Shown here: positions 21,096 to 29,653 of the stretch, piece after piece
How the letters are laid out: each line of letters opens with the position of its first letter
Numbering within the stretch: position 1 is the stretch's first letter
Source: Streptosporangiaceae bacterium
Lineage (GTDB): Bacteria; Actinomycetota; Actinomycetes; Streptosporangiales; Streptosporangiaceae
Length of the DNA stretch: 40,522 nt
Reading direction: 5' to 3'
NCBI GenBank assembly: GCA_036495825.1
Contig: DASXME010000172.1
Coordinates: 1-40,522, forward strand
The notes under the pieces: model-generated
Told to the model about the DNA's origin: nothing
What the model saw: the letters and a program-made list of their open reading frames with translations, nothing else
The model's database searches: none
Made by a program: the position numbers and the translations under genes

Positions 21096-23417
21096 CTAAA
21101 TGGTCGGCAAGCGCCATTCCTGGTTTAGCCCGCCGTTGCAGGCCCAGATCTGGAGGGGCGCCCCGTTGGCGGTATTCGAATTCGTGTCGTCAAGGCACTT
21201 GCCCGCCGCCTTGTTGACCAAGGCGTACTTCGAGCCCGGCGTCCAGATCTGGCTGGCGCCGCCGGTGCAGGTGTCCAGCACCACCTGCGTCCCGTTCACG
21301 GTGCCGCCGCCGGTGGTGTCCAGGCACAGCCCGTCGATCTGGACGGTGCCGTTCGAGGCCAGCGTCCACTGCTCCGCCGGGAACTCGATGCAGGTCCACA
21401 TCTGCACCGCGGTGCCGCTCGTCGTGCTGCCGTTCGGATCCTGCAGGCACGGGACCTGGGTGTCGGCCTGCAGCTCACCGGAGAACAGCATCCCGCTGGC
21501 CGGCGGGGGCGGCGGCGCCTGGGCGGCCGGCAGCGGCCAGACCTGCTGCCCGCCGCCGTTGCAGGTCCACAGCTGCAGTTGGGTGCCGTTCGTGGTGCTC
21601 GTGCTCGGGTCATCCAGGCACTTGCCGCCGTCGCCGTTGACCAGCGTGTTGCCCGCGCCCTGGTGCCACTGCTGATTCGACGCCCCGTTGCACGCCCAGA
21701 GCTGGATCTTCGCGCCGTTCGGCGGGACCTTGGCGCTGCCCGCCACGGCCAGGCACTGGCCGTTGACCTGCACCGTCCCGTTCGGCTGGATCGTCCAGTT
21801 CTGCGACGCGTCGTTCAGGCAGGTCCAGAACTGGATCTTCGTGCCTTCGGTGGACGAGTCGCCGGCGTCGTCCACGCACATGGCCGCCTTGCCCTGGTTG
21901 GTCTCGTCCAGCCCGCCGATCCGGCCCAGGCTGAACATCCCGGACGGGATCGGCCCGCCTGGCGTCGGGGCGGTCGCGGTGGTCAGCGGGAACAGCGCGT
22001 TCTCGCTGTGGAAGGCACCGCCGATCATGCTGACGTCGGTGCCGAGCAACAGCCCGCCGGCCGTGTCTGACGGCGTGCCCGGCGGGATGGGCGTCAGGTC
22101 CTGCACGCCGACCCCGCGCAGCGTGCCGGGGCGCCACCAGGGGAGCGCCAGGCCGGTGTTCGCGTCCAGCGCCGCGACCCCGTTGACCAGGACCGCGTTC
22201 GCCTCGCACACCACGTTGTTGCCGCACTCGTTGTTCACCCACCGGTTGTGCCCGCCGACGTAGACGACCGATCCGGCGATCGCGACCGAGTGGAATGTGT
22301 CGCCGCCGTTGTAGTTGACCCACACCGGCTGGACGCTCGTGCCGGTGGCCGCGGTCTGGAACCTGGCCGCGGCGTCGCAGATGCTCGCCCCGCCGGCCGA
22401 CTTGAAGCCGGTGGTCACGACGACGAAGAACGAGCTGTCCGGGGAGAAGTCAATGGCGTTGACGTAGTCGTGCTCCAGCGAGCAGTTGTTGGCCAGCAGC
22501 GGGGACGACCAGTTAGCCAGCGTGGCCGTCGCGCCCAGGCCGCCGCCGGTGTTGATCACCGCAACCCTGGGCCTTGACTGCCCGTTGACCTGCAGGAACG
22601 AGCCGCCGAAGGCGAGGTGATTGCCGTCCGGGCTCAGCGCCAGGGTGTTGAGCCCGAGTGCCGTGCCGGCGATCTTGTCGCCCGGGGTGAACTGGAAGGA
22701 GGTGTCAAGCGCGCCCGTGGTGGCGTTCAGCCTGGTGAGCCCGGAGGCCGAGGTGCCGTCCGCCTTATTGAAGTTCCCGCCGACGTACAGCGCGTTGCCG
22801 TTGTAAGCGAGGGAGCTGGCGTAGCCGTTGATCGAGCCGGTGAAGCCCGAGACGACCTGGCCGTCGGCGGCGCCGCCGACCGAGAGCTGCACGACGCCAG
22901 GGTGGCTGGCGGTGTTCACGGTGGTGAAGGCGCCGCCCGCGTACACCGTGTTGTTCGGTCCGGCGACCACCGAGTACACCGGGCCCTGGTCGAGGGCTGG
23001 CTTGAAGTTCGGGTCGATCGCGCCGGTGCCGAGCTGATAGGCGAAGATGTCGTCCCTGGTCACCATGGTGCCGGCCGTGCAGTTGTTAACCGGGCCGGGC
23101 ACGCAGGCCTGGGTGAAGGCTCCCGCCACGACCACCTCGCCGTTGACCACGGCCATGCTGTACACGGTGGACGGCGCGCAGGTACCGCTGCCGAACCACT
23201 GCGGGTTGCACGCGGGGCTGCCGGCGAACACGTTTGGCGTCCAGCTGACCGCGTTCGGGGACACCAGGGCGGGCAGCCGGGCCGCCGCCGGGGTGACCCG
23301 GGCGACCCCCTGGTCCGCTTTCGCGTGGGACGCCGCGCTAGCTGGCGCGGACGCCAGCCCCGCGACGACCGCGGCGGCGGCACAGGCCGCCATACCGCTG
23401 AGAAAACGTGCGCGCAT
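21096..23417 (-). CDS. Secreted repeat (beta-propeller-like) protein with two C-terminal ricin-B (CBM13) lectin domains
   Basis: Signal peptide MRARFLSGMAACAAAAVVAGLASAPASA (ATG 23417 after GAGGAG; the ORF track extends to 23585). Repeated ...DPNFKP / LDTSFQF...-type segments. Two (QxW)3 modules: IQFWTCLNDASQNW, IQLWACNGASNQQW, LQLWTCNGGGQQVW, then a PPPPP linker, then VQMWTC..EQW, VVLDTCTGGASQIW, LQIWACNGGLNQEW. Confidence 0.8.
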   Translation of the reverse strand: MRARFLSGMAACAAAAVVAGLASAPASAASHAKADQGVARVTPAAARLPALVSPNAVSWTPNVFAGSPACNPQWFGSGTCAPSTVYSMAVVNGEVVVAGAFTQACVPGPVNNCTAGTMVTRDDIFAYQLGTGAIDPNFKPALDQGPVYSVVAGPNNTVYAGGAFTTVNTASHPGVVQLSVGGAADGQVVSGFTGSINGYASSLAYNGNALYVGGNFNKADGTSASGLTRLNATTGALDTSFQFTPGDKIAGTALGLNTLALSPDGNHLAFGGSFLQVNGQSRPRVAVINTGGGLGATATLANWSSPLLANNCSLEHDYVNAIDFSPDSSFFVVVTTGFKSAGGASICDAAARFQTAATGTSVQPVWVNYNGGDTFHSVAIAGSVVYVGGHNRWVNNECGNNVVCEANAVLVNGVAALDANTGLALPWWRPGTLRGVGVQDLTPIPPGTPSDTAGGLLLGTDVSMIGGAFHSENALFPLTTATAPTPGGPIPSGMFSLGRIGGLDETNQGKAAMCVDDAGDSSTEGTKIQFWTCLNDASQNWTIQPNGTVQVNGQCLAVAGSAKVPPNGAKIQLWACNGASNQQWHQGAGNTLVNGDGGKCLDDPSTSTTNGTQLQLWTCNGGGQQVWPLPAAQAPPPPPASGMLFSGELQADTQVPCLQDPNGSTTSGTAVQMWTCIEFPAEQWTLASNGTVQIDGLCLDTTGGGTVNGTQVVLDTCTGGASQIWTPGSKYALVNKAAGKCLDDTNSNTANGAPLQIWACNGGLNQEWRLPTI

Positions 23418-23700
23418 CGTGCTCCTCTTGTCTTTGTCCGGGGAATCCCGCGACCTCTCGTTAACTAGACGCGGAGCCCGTCGGTTTGGATGACGTAGCT
23501 GTCCGTGATCATGTCCAGCCATCCGCCACGCCGATGCCCGGTGCCGGCAAACGATAAAGAATGCCGGCCTACAGCCGCCGGGCACTTGGTGACTTCAAGG
23601 GGAACTCGTTATCCCGCGGACATGAACCGACGATCCCGGCGCGCGCCGCCCCCGGGCGGCCGCCCGGCGCACGGCCGGCCCGGTGTGGCAGGCTGGGCGG

Positions 23701-24414
23701 ATGGCTCGCGCACGGCTGGACAAGCGCCCCCGCGAGGTGTCGGCGATGTTCGACCTGGTGGCGGAGCGCTACGACCTGCTCAACGACGTGCTGTCGGCGG
23801 GCCAGGACCGGCGCTGGCGGCGCGCGGTCCGCGCCGCCCTCGCGATCACGCCTGGCGAGCGGGTCCTGGATCTGGCCGCCGGGACCGGCACCGTCTCCCG
23901 GGTCCTGGCCGCGGCCGGGGCGGACTGCGTCGCCTGCGACTTCTCGCTCGGCATGCTCCAGGCGGGCGCGGCGCGGCTGGCCGGGACCGGCGAGCGTGCC
24001 GCGGTCAGGTTCGTGGCCGGCGACGCGCTCGCGCTGCCGCTGCGCGACGCCGCGTTCGATGCGGTCACTATCTCGTTCGGCCTGCGCAACGTGGCCGACC
24101 CGGCGGCCGCCCTGGCCGAGATGCGGCGTGTCACCAGGCCAGGCGGCCGCCTGCTGATCTGCGAGTTCAGCCATCTGTCCAGCCGCAGGCTCGATGCGCT
24201 CTACGGCCGCTCGCTCGCCACCCTGCTGCCTGCGGTCGCGCGCAGGCTCTCTCCGAACCCCGACGCCTACGCCTACCTGGCCGAGTCGATCGACGACTGG
24301 CCGGGCCAGCAGGAGCTCGCGGGCCTGATCCGCGCCGCGGGCTGGTCGGCGGTGCGCTGGCGCAGCCTGTCCCTCGGCGTCGTCGCCCTGCACCATGCGG
24401 TCAACCAGGACTGA
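23701..24414 (+). CDS. menG: Demethylmenaquinone methyltransferase (UbiE/MenG family class I SAM methyltransferase)
   Basis: [30 protein letters not shown], the SAM motif [12 protein letters not shown], then ISFGLRNV and [15 protein letters not shown]. The ORF track start is 23683; ATG 23701 (MARARLDK) is preferred. Confidence 0.85.
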   Translation: MARARLDKRPREVSAMFDLVAERYDLLNDVLSAGQDRRWRRAVRAALAITPGERVLDLAAGTGTVSRVLAAAGADCVACDFSLGMLQAGAARLAGTGERAAVRFVAGDALALPLRDAAFDAVTISFGLRNVADPAAALAEMRRVTRPGGRLLICEFSHLSSRRLDALYGRSLATLLPAVARRLSPNPDAYAYLAESIDDWPGQQELAGLIRAAGWSAVRWRSLSLGVVALHHAVNQD

Positions 24415-24444
24415 GCCGCAAGGTCTAGACTTCGAACGAACAAC

Positions 24445-24462
24445 TTGTGAAGCGGTTCACAA
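24445..24462. promoter_or_regulatory. Rex (redox-sensing repressor) operator-like inverted repeat TTGTGAA-GCGG-TTCACAA
   Basis: Perfect 7+4+7 palindrome read directly. It has the same half-sites and spacing as the actinobacterial ROP consensus (TTGTGAA-N4-TTCACAA). An extra half-site TTCACAA lies at 24473-24479. The site is upstream of the reductase-nuo gene string. Confidence 0.7.
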
Positions 24463-24497
24463 GAGAAGTCCGTTCACAAGACAGTCAGGGAATTTCC

Positions 24498-25859
24498 GTG
24501 AGCGAGCTAACTCCCCCCGCACCCGCCCGAAGCACCCGCCCGAGAACCAGCCCGAGCGCGAGCACTCGCCAGGCCGGCGACGAGGCCGACGTCATCGTGG
24601 TCGGCGCCGGGCCCGCCGGGTCGACCACCGCGTTCTACCTGGCCCGAGCCGGGCTTGACGTGCTGCTCCTGGAGAAGACCAGGTTCCCCAGGGCGAAGGT
24701 GTGCGGCGACGGCCTCACCCCGCGCGCGGTCAAGGCCCTGGTGGCGATGGGCATACCTACCGACGAGCGGGACGGCTGGATCAAGAACAAGGGCCTGCGG
24801 ATCATCGGCGGCGGCGCCCGGCTCGAGCTGCCCTGGCCCGACTTGACCAGCTATCCGGGCTACGGCCTGGTGCGCAGCAGGCTCGGGTTCGACGAGACCC
24901 TGGCCCGCACCGCGCAGAAGGCGGGCGCCAGGCTGGTCGAGGGCATGACCGTGACCGGCCCTGTTCTCGACGACAGGACCGGCCGGATCACCGGCGTGAT
25001 CGCCAGGGAGACTGTCGCCCGGGAGACCGGGGCGGCCGACGGCGCCGACGGCGCCGAGCGCAGCTACCGCGGCCGGATCGTGATCGCCGCCGACGGCAAC
25101 TCCTCGCGGCTGTCCGTCTCGATGGGCCTGCGCAAGCGCGAGGACCGGCCGCTCGGCGTCGCGGTCCGCACGTACTACCGCAGCCCCAGGCACGACGATG
25201 ACTACCTGGAGTCGTGGCTGGAACTGTGGGACGGCGGCAGGCTGCTGCCCGGCTACGGCTGGATCTTCGGCGCAGGCGACGGGACCAGCAACGTGGGCCT
25301 CGGCCTGCTCAACACCAGCGCCGCCTTCCAGCACACCGATTACCGCGCGCTGCTCAAGAGGTGGCTGGCCGGGATGCCGGCCGAGTGGGGCTACTGCGAG
25401 GAGAACCGGACCGAGCCGATCAGGGGCGCGGCCCTGCCGATGGGGTTCAACCGGACGCCGCACTACACTAATGGGCTGCTGCTCGCGGGCGACGCGGGCG
25501 GCATGGTGAACCCGTTCAATGGCGAGGGCATTGCCTACGCGATGGAGTCCGGCGAAATCGCCGCGAGGGTGATCACGCAGGCGCTCGCCCGGCCGTCCTG
25601 GCCGGGCGCGGAGCGCGTGCTCAGCACCTACCCGCAGGCACTCAAGGATGCCTACGGCGGCTATTACACGCTCGGGCGACTGTTCGTGCGGGCGATCGGC
25701 CGTCCGGAGCTGATGCAGTTCGCGACCAGGCACGGCCTGCGCAGGCCGACCGCGATGCGATTCGTGCTGAAGCTGCTGGCCAACCTCACCGACCCGCGGG
25801 ACGGCGACGCGGCCGACCGGGTGATCAACGCCATGTCTAGGCTGACGCCTGCGGCCTAG
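24498..25859 (+). CDS. Geranylgeranyl reductase family flavoprotein (MenJ-like menaquinone side-chain reductase candidate)
   Basis: FAD fingerprint DVIVVGAGPAGSTTAFYLARAGLDVLLLEK, then CGDGLTPRAVK and LLAGDAGGMVNPFNGEGIAYAMESG. The ORF track start 24447 lies inside the Rex palindrome, so the in-frame GTG 24498 is preferred, though uncertain. Confidence 0.8.
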   Translation: MSELTPPAPARSTRPRTSPSASTRQAGDEADVIVVGAGPAGSTTAFYLARAGLDVLLLEKTRFPRAKVCGDGLTPRAVKALVAMGIPTDERDGWIKNKGLRIIGGGARLELPWPDLTSYPGYGLVRSRLGFDETLARTAQKAGARLVEGMTVTGPVLDDRTGRITGVIARETVARETGAADGADGAERSYRGRIVIAADGNSSRLSVSMGLRKREDRPLGVAVRTYYRSPRHDDDYLESWLELWDGGRLLPGYGWIFGAGDGTSNVGLGLLNTSAAFQHTDYRALLKRWLAGMPAEWGYCEENRTEPIRGAALPMGFNRTPHYTNGLLLAGDAGGMVNPFNGEGIAYAMESGEIAARVITQALARPSWPGAERVLSTYPQALKDAYGGYYTLGRLFVRAIGRPELMQFATRHGLRRPTAMRFVLKLLANLTDPRDGDAADRVINAMSRLTPAA

Positions 25860-25890
25860 CGGGCCCGAAGATGGAAAGGGGCAGGCGGCA

Positions 25891-26250
25891 ATGAGCCTCT
25901 ACGTACCGATCATGGTGCTCGCGGGACTGGGCGCGTTCTTCGCGGTCTTCTCCGTCGCGATGGGCGCGCTGGCCGGGCCGAAACGCTGGAACCGGGCCAA
26001 GCTCTCGGCCTACGAGTGCGGCATCGAGCCGACGCCGCAGCCGGTTGGCGGCGGCCGGTTCCCGGTGAAGTACTACCTGACGGCGATGCTCTTCATCGTC
26101 TTCGACATCGAGATCATCTTTCTCTATCCGTGGGCGGTCGCCTTCGACAAGCTCGGCGTGTTCGGGCTCGTCGAGATGGTGCTGTTCATCGTGACCGTCC
26201 TGATCGCGTTCGCCTACGTGTGGCGGCGCGGCGGACTGGAATGGGACTAG
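25891..26250 (+). CDS. nuoA: NADH-quinone oxidoreductase subunit A
   Basis: 119 aa with three hydrophobic helices: [33 protein letters not shown]. Confidence 0.93.
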   Translation: MSLYVPIMVLAGLGAFFAVFSVAMGALAGPKRWNRAKLSAYECGIEPTPQPVGGGRFPVKYYLTAMLFIVFDIEIIFLYPWAVAFDKLGVFGLVEMVLFIVTVLIAFAYVWRRGGLEWD

Positions 26251-26252
26251 CC

Positions 26253-26843
26253 ATGGGCCTTGAGGAGAAGCTGCCGAGCGGGATCCTGCTCACCACGCTG
26301 GAGAGCGTGGTCGGGGCCGCGCGCAAGTTCTCGGTCTGGCCTGCCACGTTCGGTCTGGCCTGCTGCGCCATGGAGCTGATGGCGACCGGCGGGCCGCGGC
26401 ACGACCTGGCCAGGTTCGGCATGGAGCGCGCGTCGGCCACGCCGCGGCAGGCGGACCTGATGATCGTGGCCGGGCGGGTCAGCCAGAAGATGGCCCCGGT
26501 GCTGCGGCAGATCTACGACCAGATGGCCGACCCCAAGTGGGTCATCTCGATGGGCGTGTGCGCCTCGAGCGGCGGCATGTTCAACAACTACGCGATCGTG
26601 CAGGGCGTCGATCACGTCGTTCCGGTCGACATCTACCTGCCCGGCTGTCCGCCGCGGCCGGAGATGCTGCTGGACGCCATCCTGAAGCTGCACGACAAGA
26701 TCCAGAACGTCAAGCTCGGCCCGAACCGGCAGCGCCAGATCACCGAGCTGGAGCAAGAGAAGCTGCGCCGGCTGCCGCTGGCGAGCGCCGCCGCGGTCCC
26801 CGGCGTCCCGGCGGCCGCGGCCAGCCCGGAGGTGGCACGGTGA
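26253..26843 (+). CDS. nuoB: NADH-quinone oxidoreductase subunit B
   Basis: [45 protein letters not shown] (cluster N2 ligands). ATG 26253 lies 2 nt after the nuoA stop. Confidence 0.93.
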   Translation: MGLEEKLPSGILLTTLESVVGAARKFSVWPATFGLACCAMELMATGGPRHDLARFGMERASATPRQADLMIVAGRVSQKMAPVLRQIYDQMADPKWVISMGVCASSGGMFNNYAIVQGVDHVVPVDIYLPGCPPRPEMLLDAILKLHDKIQNVKLGPNRQRQITELEQEKLRRLPLASAAAVPGVPAAAASPEVAR

Positions 26844-27562
26844 CCGAACGGGACAACGACAACCCGGCCGCCGGCCTGCCGGCCAGGACCGGCGACGAGC
26901 GGCTCGCGGAGCAGGTCGTCGGCACCGGCATGTTCGGCACCTCGACCAGCGGCGACACCTCCGGCTACGGCGGCCTTCAGGTGCGGCGCGCGCCCGGGCT
27001 GTCCAGCCCGCAGCCCTACGGCTCGTACTTCGACGAGATCGCCGACGAGCTCGGCCGCGCGCTGGCAGCGGCGGGCCTGCCGTTCGGCGACGCGGTGCTG
27101 CGCGTCGTCGTCGATCGCGGCGAGCTGACCTTCTACGTCAGCCGGGAGCGGCTGCCCGAGGTCGCGCGGACGCTGCGCGACGACCCGGCGCTCGCCTTCG
27201 AGCTGTGCGGCGGCGTATCGGGCGTGCACTACCCGCAGGACGCGGGCGGCGAACTGCACGCTGTCTATCACCTGGCCTAGATCAGCAGGAACCGGCGGCT
27301 GCGCCTCGAGGTGACCGCGCCCGACGCCGACCCGCACATCCCCTCGCTGACCGGCGTCTACCCGACGTGCGACTGGCACGAGCGGGAGACCTGGGACTTC
27401 TTCGGCATCGTCTTCGACGGTCACCCGGCGCTGACCAGGATCGAGATGCCGGATGACTGGAAGGGCCACCCGCAGCGCAAGGACTACCCGCTGGGCGGCA
27501 TCCCGGTCGAGTACCGCGGCGCGACGATACCGCCGCCCGACGAGCGGAGAGCGTACGCATGA
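26840..27562 (+). pseudogene. nuoC: NADH-quinone oxidoreductase subunit C, reading frame interrupted by an in-frame TAG at 27278-27280
   Basis: The GTG 26840 start overlaps the nuoB stop (GTGA). The frame reads ...[89 protein letters not shown]... Both halves are in the same frame and both look like NuoC. The identity call is firm; whether the stop is real is open. Confidence 0.8.
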
Positions 27563-28887
27563 CAGCTCCGGCATCCGAACGTGTCTACACGGTCAGCGGG
27601 CAGGACTGGGACGAGGTCGTCGCCGCGGCCGACGAAGCCGGGGATCTCCCCGGCGACGACCGGCTGGTCGTCAACATGGGCCCGCAGCACCCCTCGACGC
27701 ACGGCGTGCTCCGGCTGGTCCTGACCCTGGACGGTGAGAGCGTCACCGACATCAGGCCGGGGATCGGCTACCTGCACACCGGCATCGAGAAGAACATGGA
27801 GTTCCGCACCTGGACCCAGGGCGTCACGTTCTGCACCAGGATGGATTACCTCTCGCCGCTGTTCAACGAGGTCGCATACTGCCTGGCGGTCGAGCGGCTG
27901 CTCGGTATAGAAGATCGCATTCCCGAACGCTCCAGCGTTATCCGTGTGCTGATGATGGAACTCAACCGGATTTCCTCGCACATGATGGCGGTCGGCACGT
28001 TCGGCCTGGAACTCGGCGCCACCACGGTCTTCCTGAACTGCCTGAAGGAACGTGAAGTGGTGCTCGACCTGTTCGAGCTGATCACCGGGCTGCGGATGAA
28101 CCACGCGTACATCCGCCCCGGCGGCGTGGCCCAGGATCTGCCGCCCGGCGCGATCAAGAAGATCGGCGAGTTCTGCGCCACGATGCCGGCCCGCATGCTG
28201 GATCTGCGGCACCTGCTCGACGCGAACCCGGTCTACCTGGCCCGGACCAGGGGAATCGCCTTCCTGGACCTGCGCGGCTGCATGTCGCTGGGCGTCACCG
28301 GGCCGATCCTGCGCAGCACCGGGCTGCCCTGGGATCTGCGCAAGAGCCAGCCCTACTGCGGCTACGAGAGCTACGACTTCGAGGTGCCCATCGAGGACAC
28401 CTGCGATGTCTACGGCCGGTACCTGGTCAGGATGGCCGAGGTGGACGAATCACTCAAGATCATCGAGCAGTGCCTCGACCGGCTGATGGCAGACCGGCCG
28501 GCCGACGATCCCGTGATGATCCGTGACGCTAAGATCGGCTGGCCGGCGCGGCTGGCGCTCGGGCCCGATGGCCTGGGCCCGTCGCCCGACCACATCGCGC
28601 ACATCATGGGCGAGTCCATGGAGGCGCTCATCCATCACTTCAAGCTGGTTACCGAAGGATTCCGGGTGCCCGCAGGCCAGGTCTACAGCGCGGTCGAATC
28701 GCCGCGCGGCGAGCTCGGCTGCCACCTGGTCAGCGCGGGCGGCACCCGGCCGTACCGGGCGCACTTCCGCGACCCGTCCTTCACCAACCTGCAGGCGCTG
28801 ACCGCGATGTGCGAGGGCGGCATGGTGGCAGACGTGATCGCCGCGGTGGCGAGCATCGACCCGGTAATGGGAGGCGTGGACAGGTGA
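27559..28887 (+). CDS. nuoD: NADH-quinone oxidoreductase subunit D
   Basis: [40 protein letters not shown], ending ...[13 protein letters not shown] overlap with the nuoC stop. Confidence 0.95.
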   Translation: MTAPASERVYTVSGQDWDEVVAAADEAGDLPGDDRLVVNMGPQHPSTHGVLRLVLTLDGESVTDIRPGIGYLHTGIEKNMEFRTWTQGVTFCTRMDYLSPLFNEVAYCLAVERLLGIEDRIPERSSVIRVLMMELNRISSHMMAVGTFGLELGATTVFLNCLKEREVVLDLFELITGLRMNHAYIRPGGVAQDLPPGAIKKIGEFCATMPARMLDLRHLLDANPVYLARTRGIAFLDLRGCMSLGVTGPILRSTGLPWDLRKSQPYCGYESYDFEVPIEDTCDVYGRYLVRMAEVDESLKIIEQCLDRLMADRPADDPVMIRDAKIGWPARLALGPDGLGPSPDHIAHIMGESMEALIHHFKLVTEGFRVPAGQVYSAVESPRGELGCHLVSAGGTRPYRAHFRDPSFTNLQALTAMCEGGMVADVIAAVASIDPVMGGVDR

Positions 28888-28971
28888 AGTGGTCGTTCTT
28901 CCGTCCGATGCCGGCAGTTCGCCGTCTCGCATCGACGCTCCGCTTCGATGCGATGGGAGGCGTGGACAGGT
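28867..28971 (+). repeat. Exact 19-nt direct repeat (atgggaggcgtggacaggt at 28867-28885 and 28953-28971) bracketing a 67-nt insert between nuoD and nuoE
   Basis: Read directly; the copies are 86 nt apart. The first copy ends nuoD (..MGGVDR-TGA). The second is followed by TAATG, the arrangement expected for an overlapping nuoD stop and nuoE start. The insert contains hairpin gcatcga-N9-tcgatgc (28929-28951). Confidence 0.9.
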
Positions 28972-28972
28972 A

Positions 28973-29653
28973 ATGCCGTTCAGCCAGGAGGCGCGCACCC
29001 GGCTGGAGGCCGATGCCGCCGAGATCATCGCCAGGTACCCGCGGCCGCGCTCCGCGCTGCTGCCGCTGCTGCACCTGGTGCAGGCGGAGGAGGGGTACGT
29101 CTCCTCCGACGGCGTGGCCTTCTGCGCCGCGCAGCTCGGCCTGACCGACGCCGAGGTGACCGGCGTGGTCACCTTCTACACGATGTACCGGCGCCGCCCT
29201 GGCGGCGAGTACAACGTGGGCGTGTGCACGAACACCCTGTGCGCGGTGATGGGCGGCGACGCCATTTTCGCCGGCCTGACCGAGCACCTGGGCATCGGCA
29301 ACCACGAGACCACGCCGGACGGCAAGGTCACGCTGGAGCGGGTGGAATGCAACGCGGCCTGCGACTTCGCGCCGGTCGTGATGGTCAACTGGGAGTTCTT
29401 CGACAACATGACCCCCGACTCGGCCCGCGCGCTGGCCGATGACCTGCAGGCCGGCCGCCCGGTCACGCCGTCGCGCGGCCCGGCCCGGCTGTGCACCTGG
29501 CGGGAGGCGGCCAGGATCCTGGCCGGCTTCCCCGATGACCAGGCGGCCGACGGGCCCGCCGCAGGGCCGCCGGCCCTGGTCGGCCTGAAGATCGCCAGGG
29601 AACACGGCTGGACGGCGCCCGCCGCGAGCAACGGCGGGAGTGAGGCATCATGA
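28973..29653 (+). CDS. nuoE: NADH-quinone oxidoreductase subunit E
   Basis: MPFSQEARTRLEADAAEIIARYP..., with 2Fe-2S ligand context GVCTNTLCAVMGG and VECNAACDFAPV. The ORF track start 28889 lies inside the duplicated insert and is not preferred. Confidence 0.9.
   Translation: MPFSQEARTRLEADAAEIIARYPRPRSALLPLLHLVQAEEGYVSSDGVAFCAAQLGLTDAEVTGVVTFYTMYRRRPGGEYNVGVCTNTLCAVMGGDAIFAGLTEHLGIGNHETTPDGKVTLERVECNAACDFAPVVMVNWEFFDNMTPDSARALADDLQAGRPVTPSRGPARLCTWREAARILAGFPDDQAADGPAAGPPALVGLKIAREHGWTAPAASNGGSEAS

Noticed and set aside
24447-24497. GTG 24447 as the start of the geranylgeranyl reductase gene
   Set aside because: This codon lies inside the Rex-type palindrome and the first 17 residues are not conserved-looking. 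The in-frame GTG 24498 is more plausible, though neither has a strong Shine-Dalgarno sequence.
27901-27975. Local patch of A/T-ending and rare codons (GGT ATA GAA GAT CGC ATT ... GTT ATC CGT ... ATT) inside nuoD, possibly a recombination tract
   Set aside because: It covers only about 25 codons, the protein sequence is normal conserved NuoD, and I cannot compute codon statistics. It is too small to distinguish from chance.
28889-28972. GTG 28889 as the nuoE start (28 extra N-terminal residues)
   Set aside because: The extension lies wholly inside the duplicated or inserted segment and has no NuoE-like sequence. ATG 28973 sits in the conserved TAATG context. Kept as a possibility only under the duplication finding.
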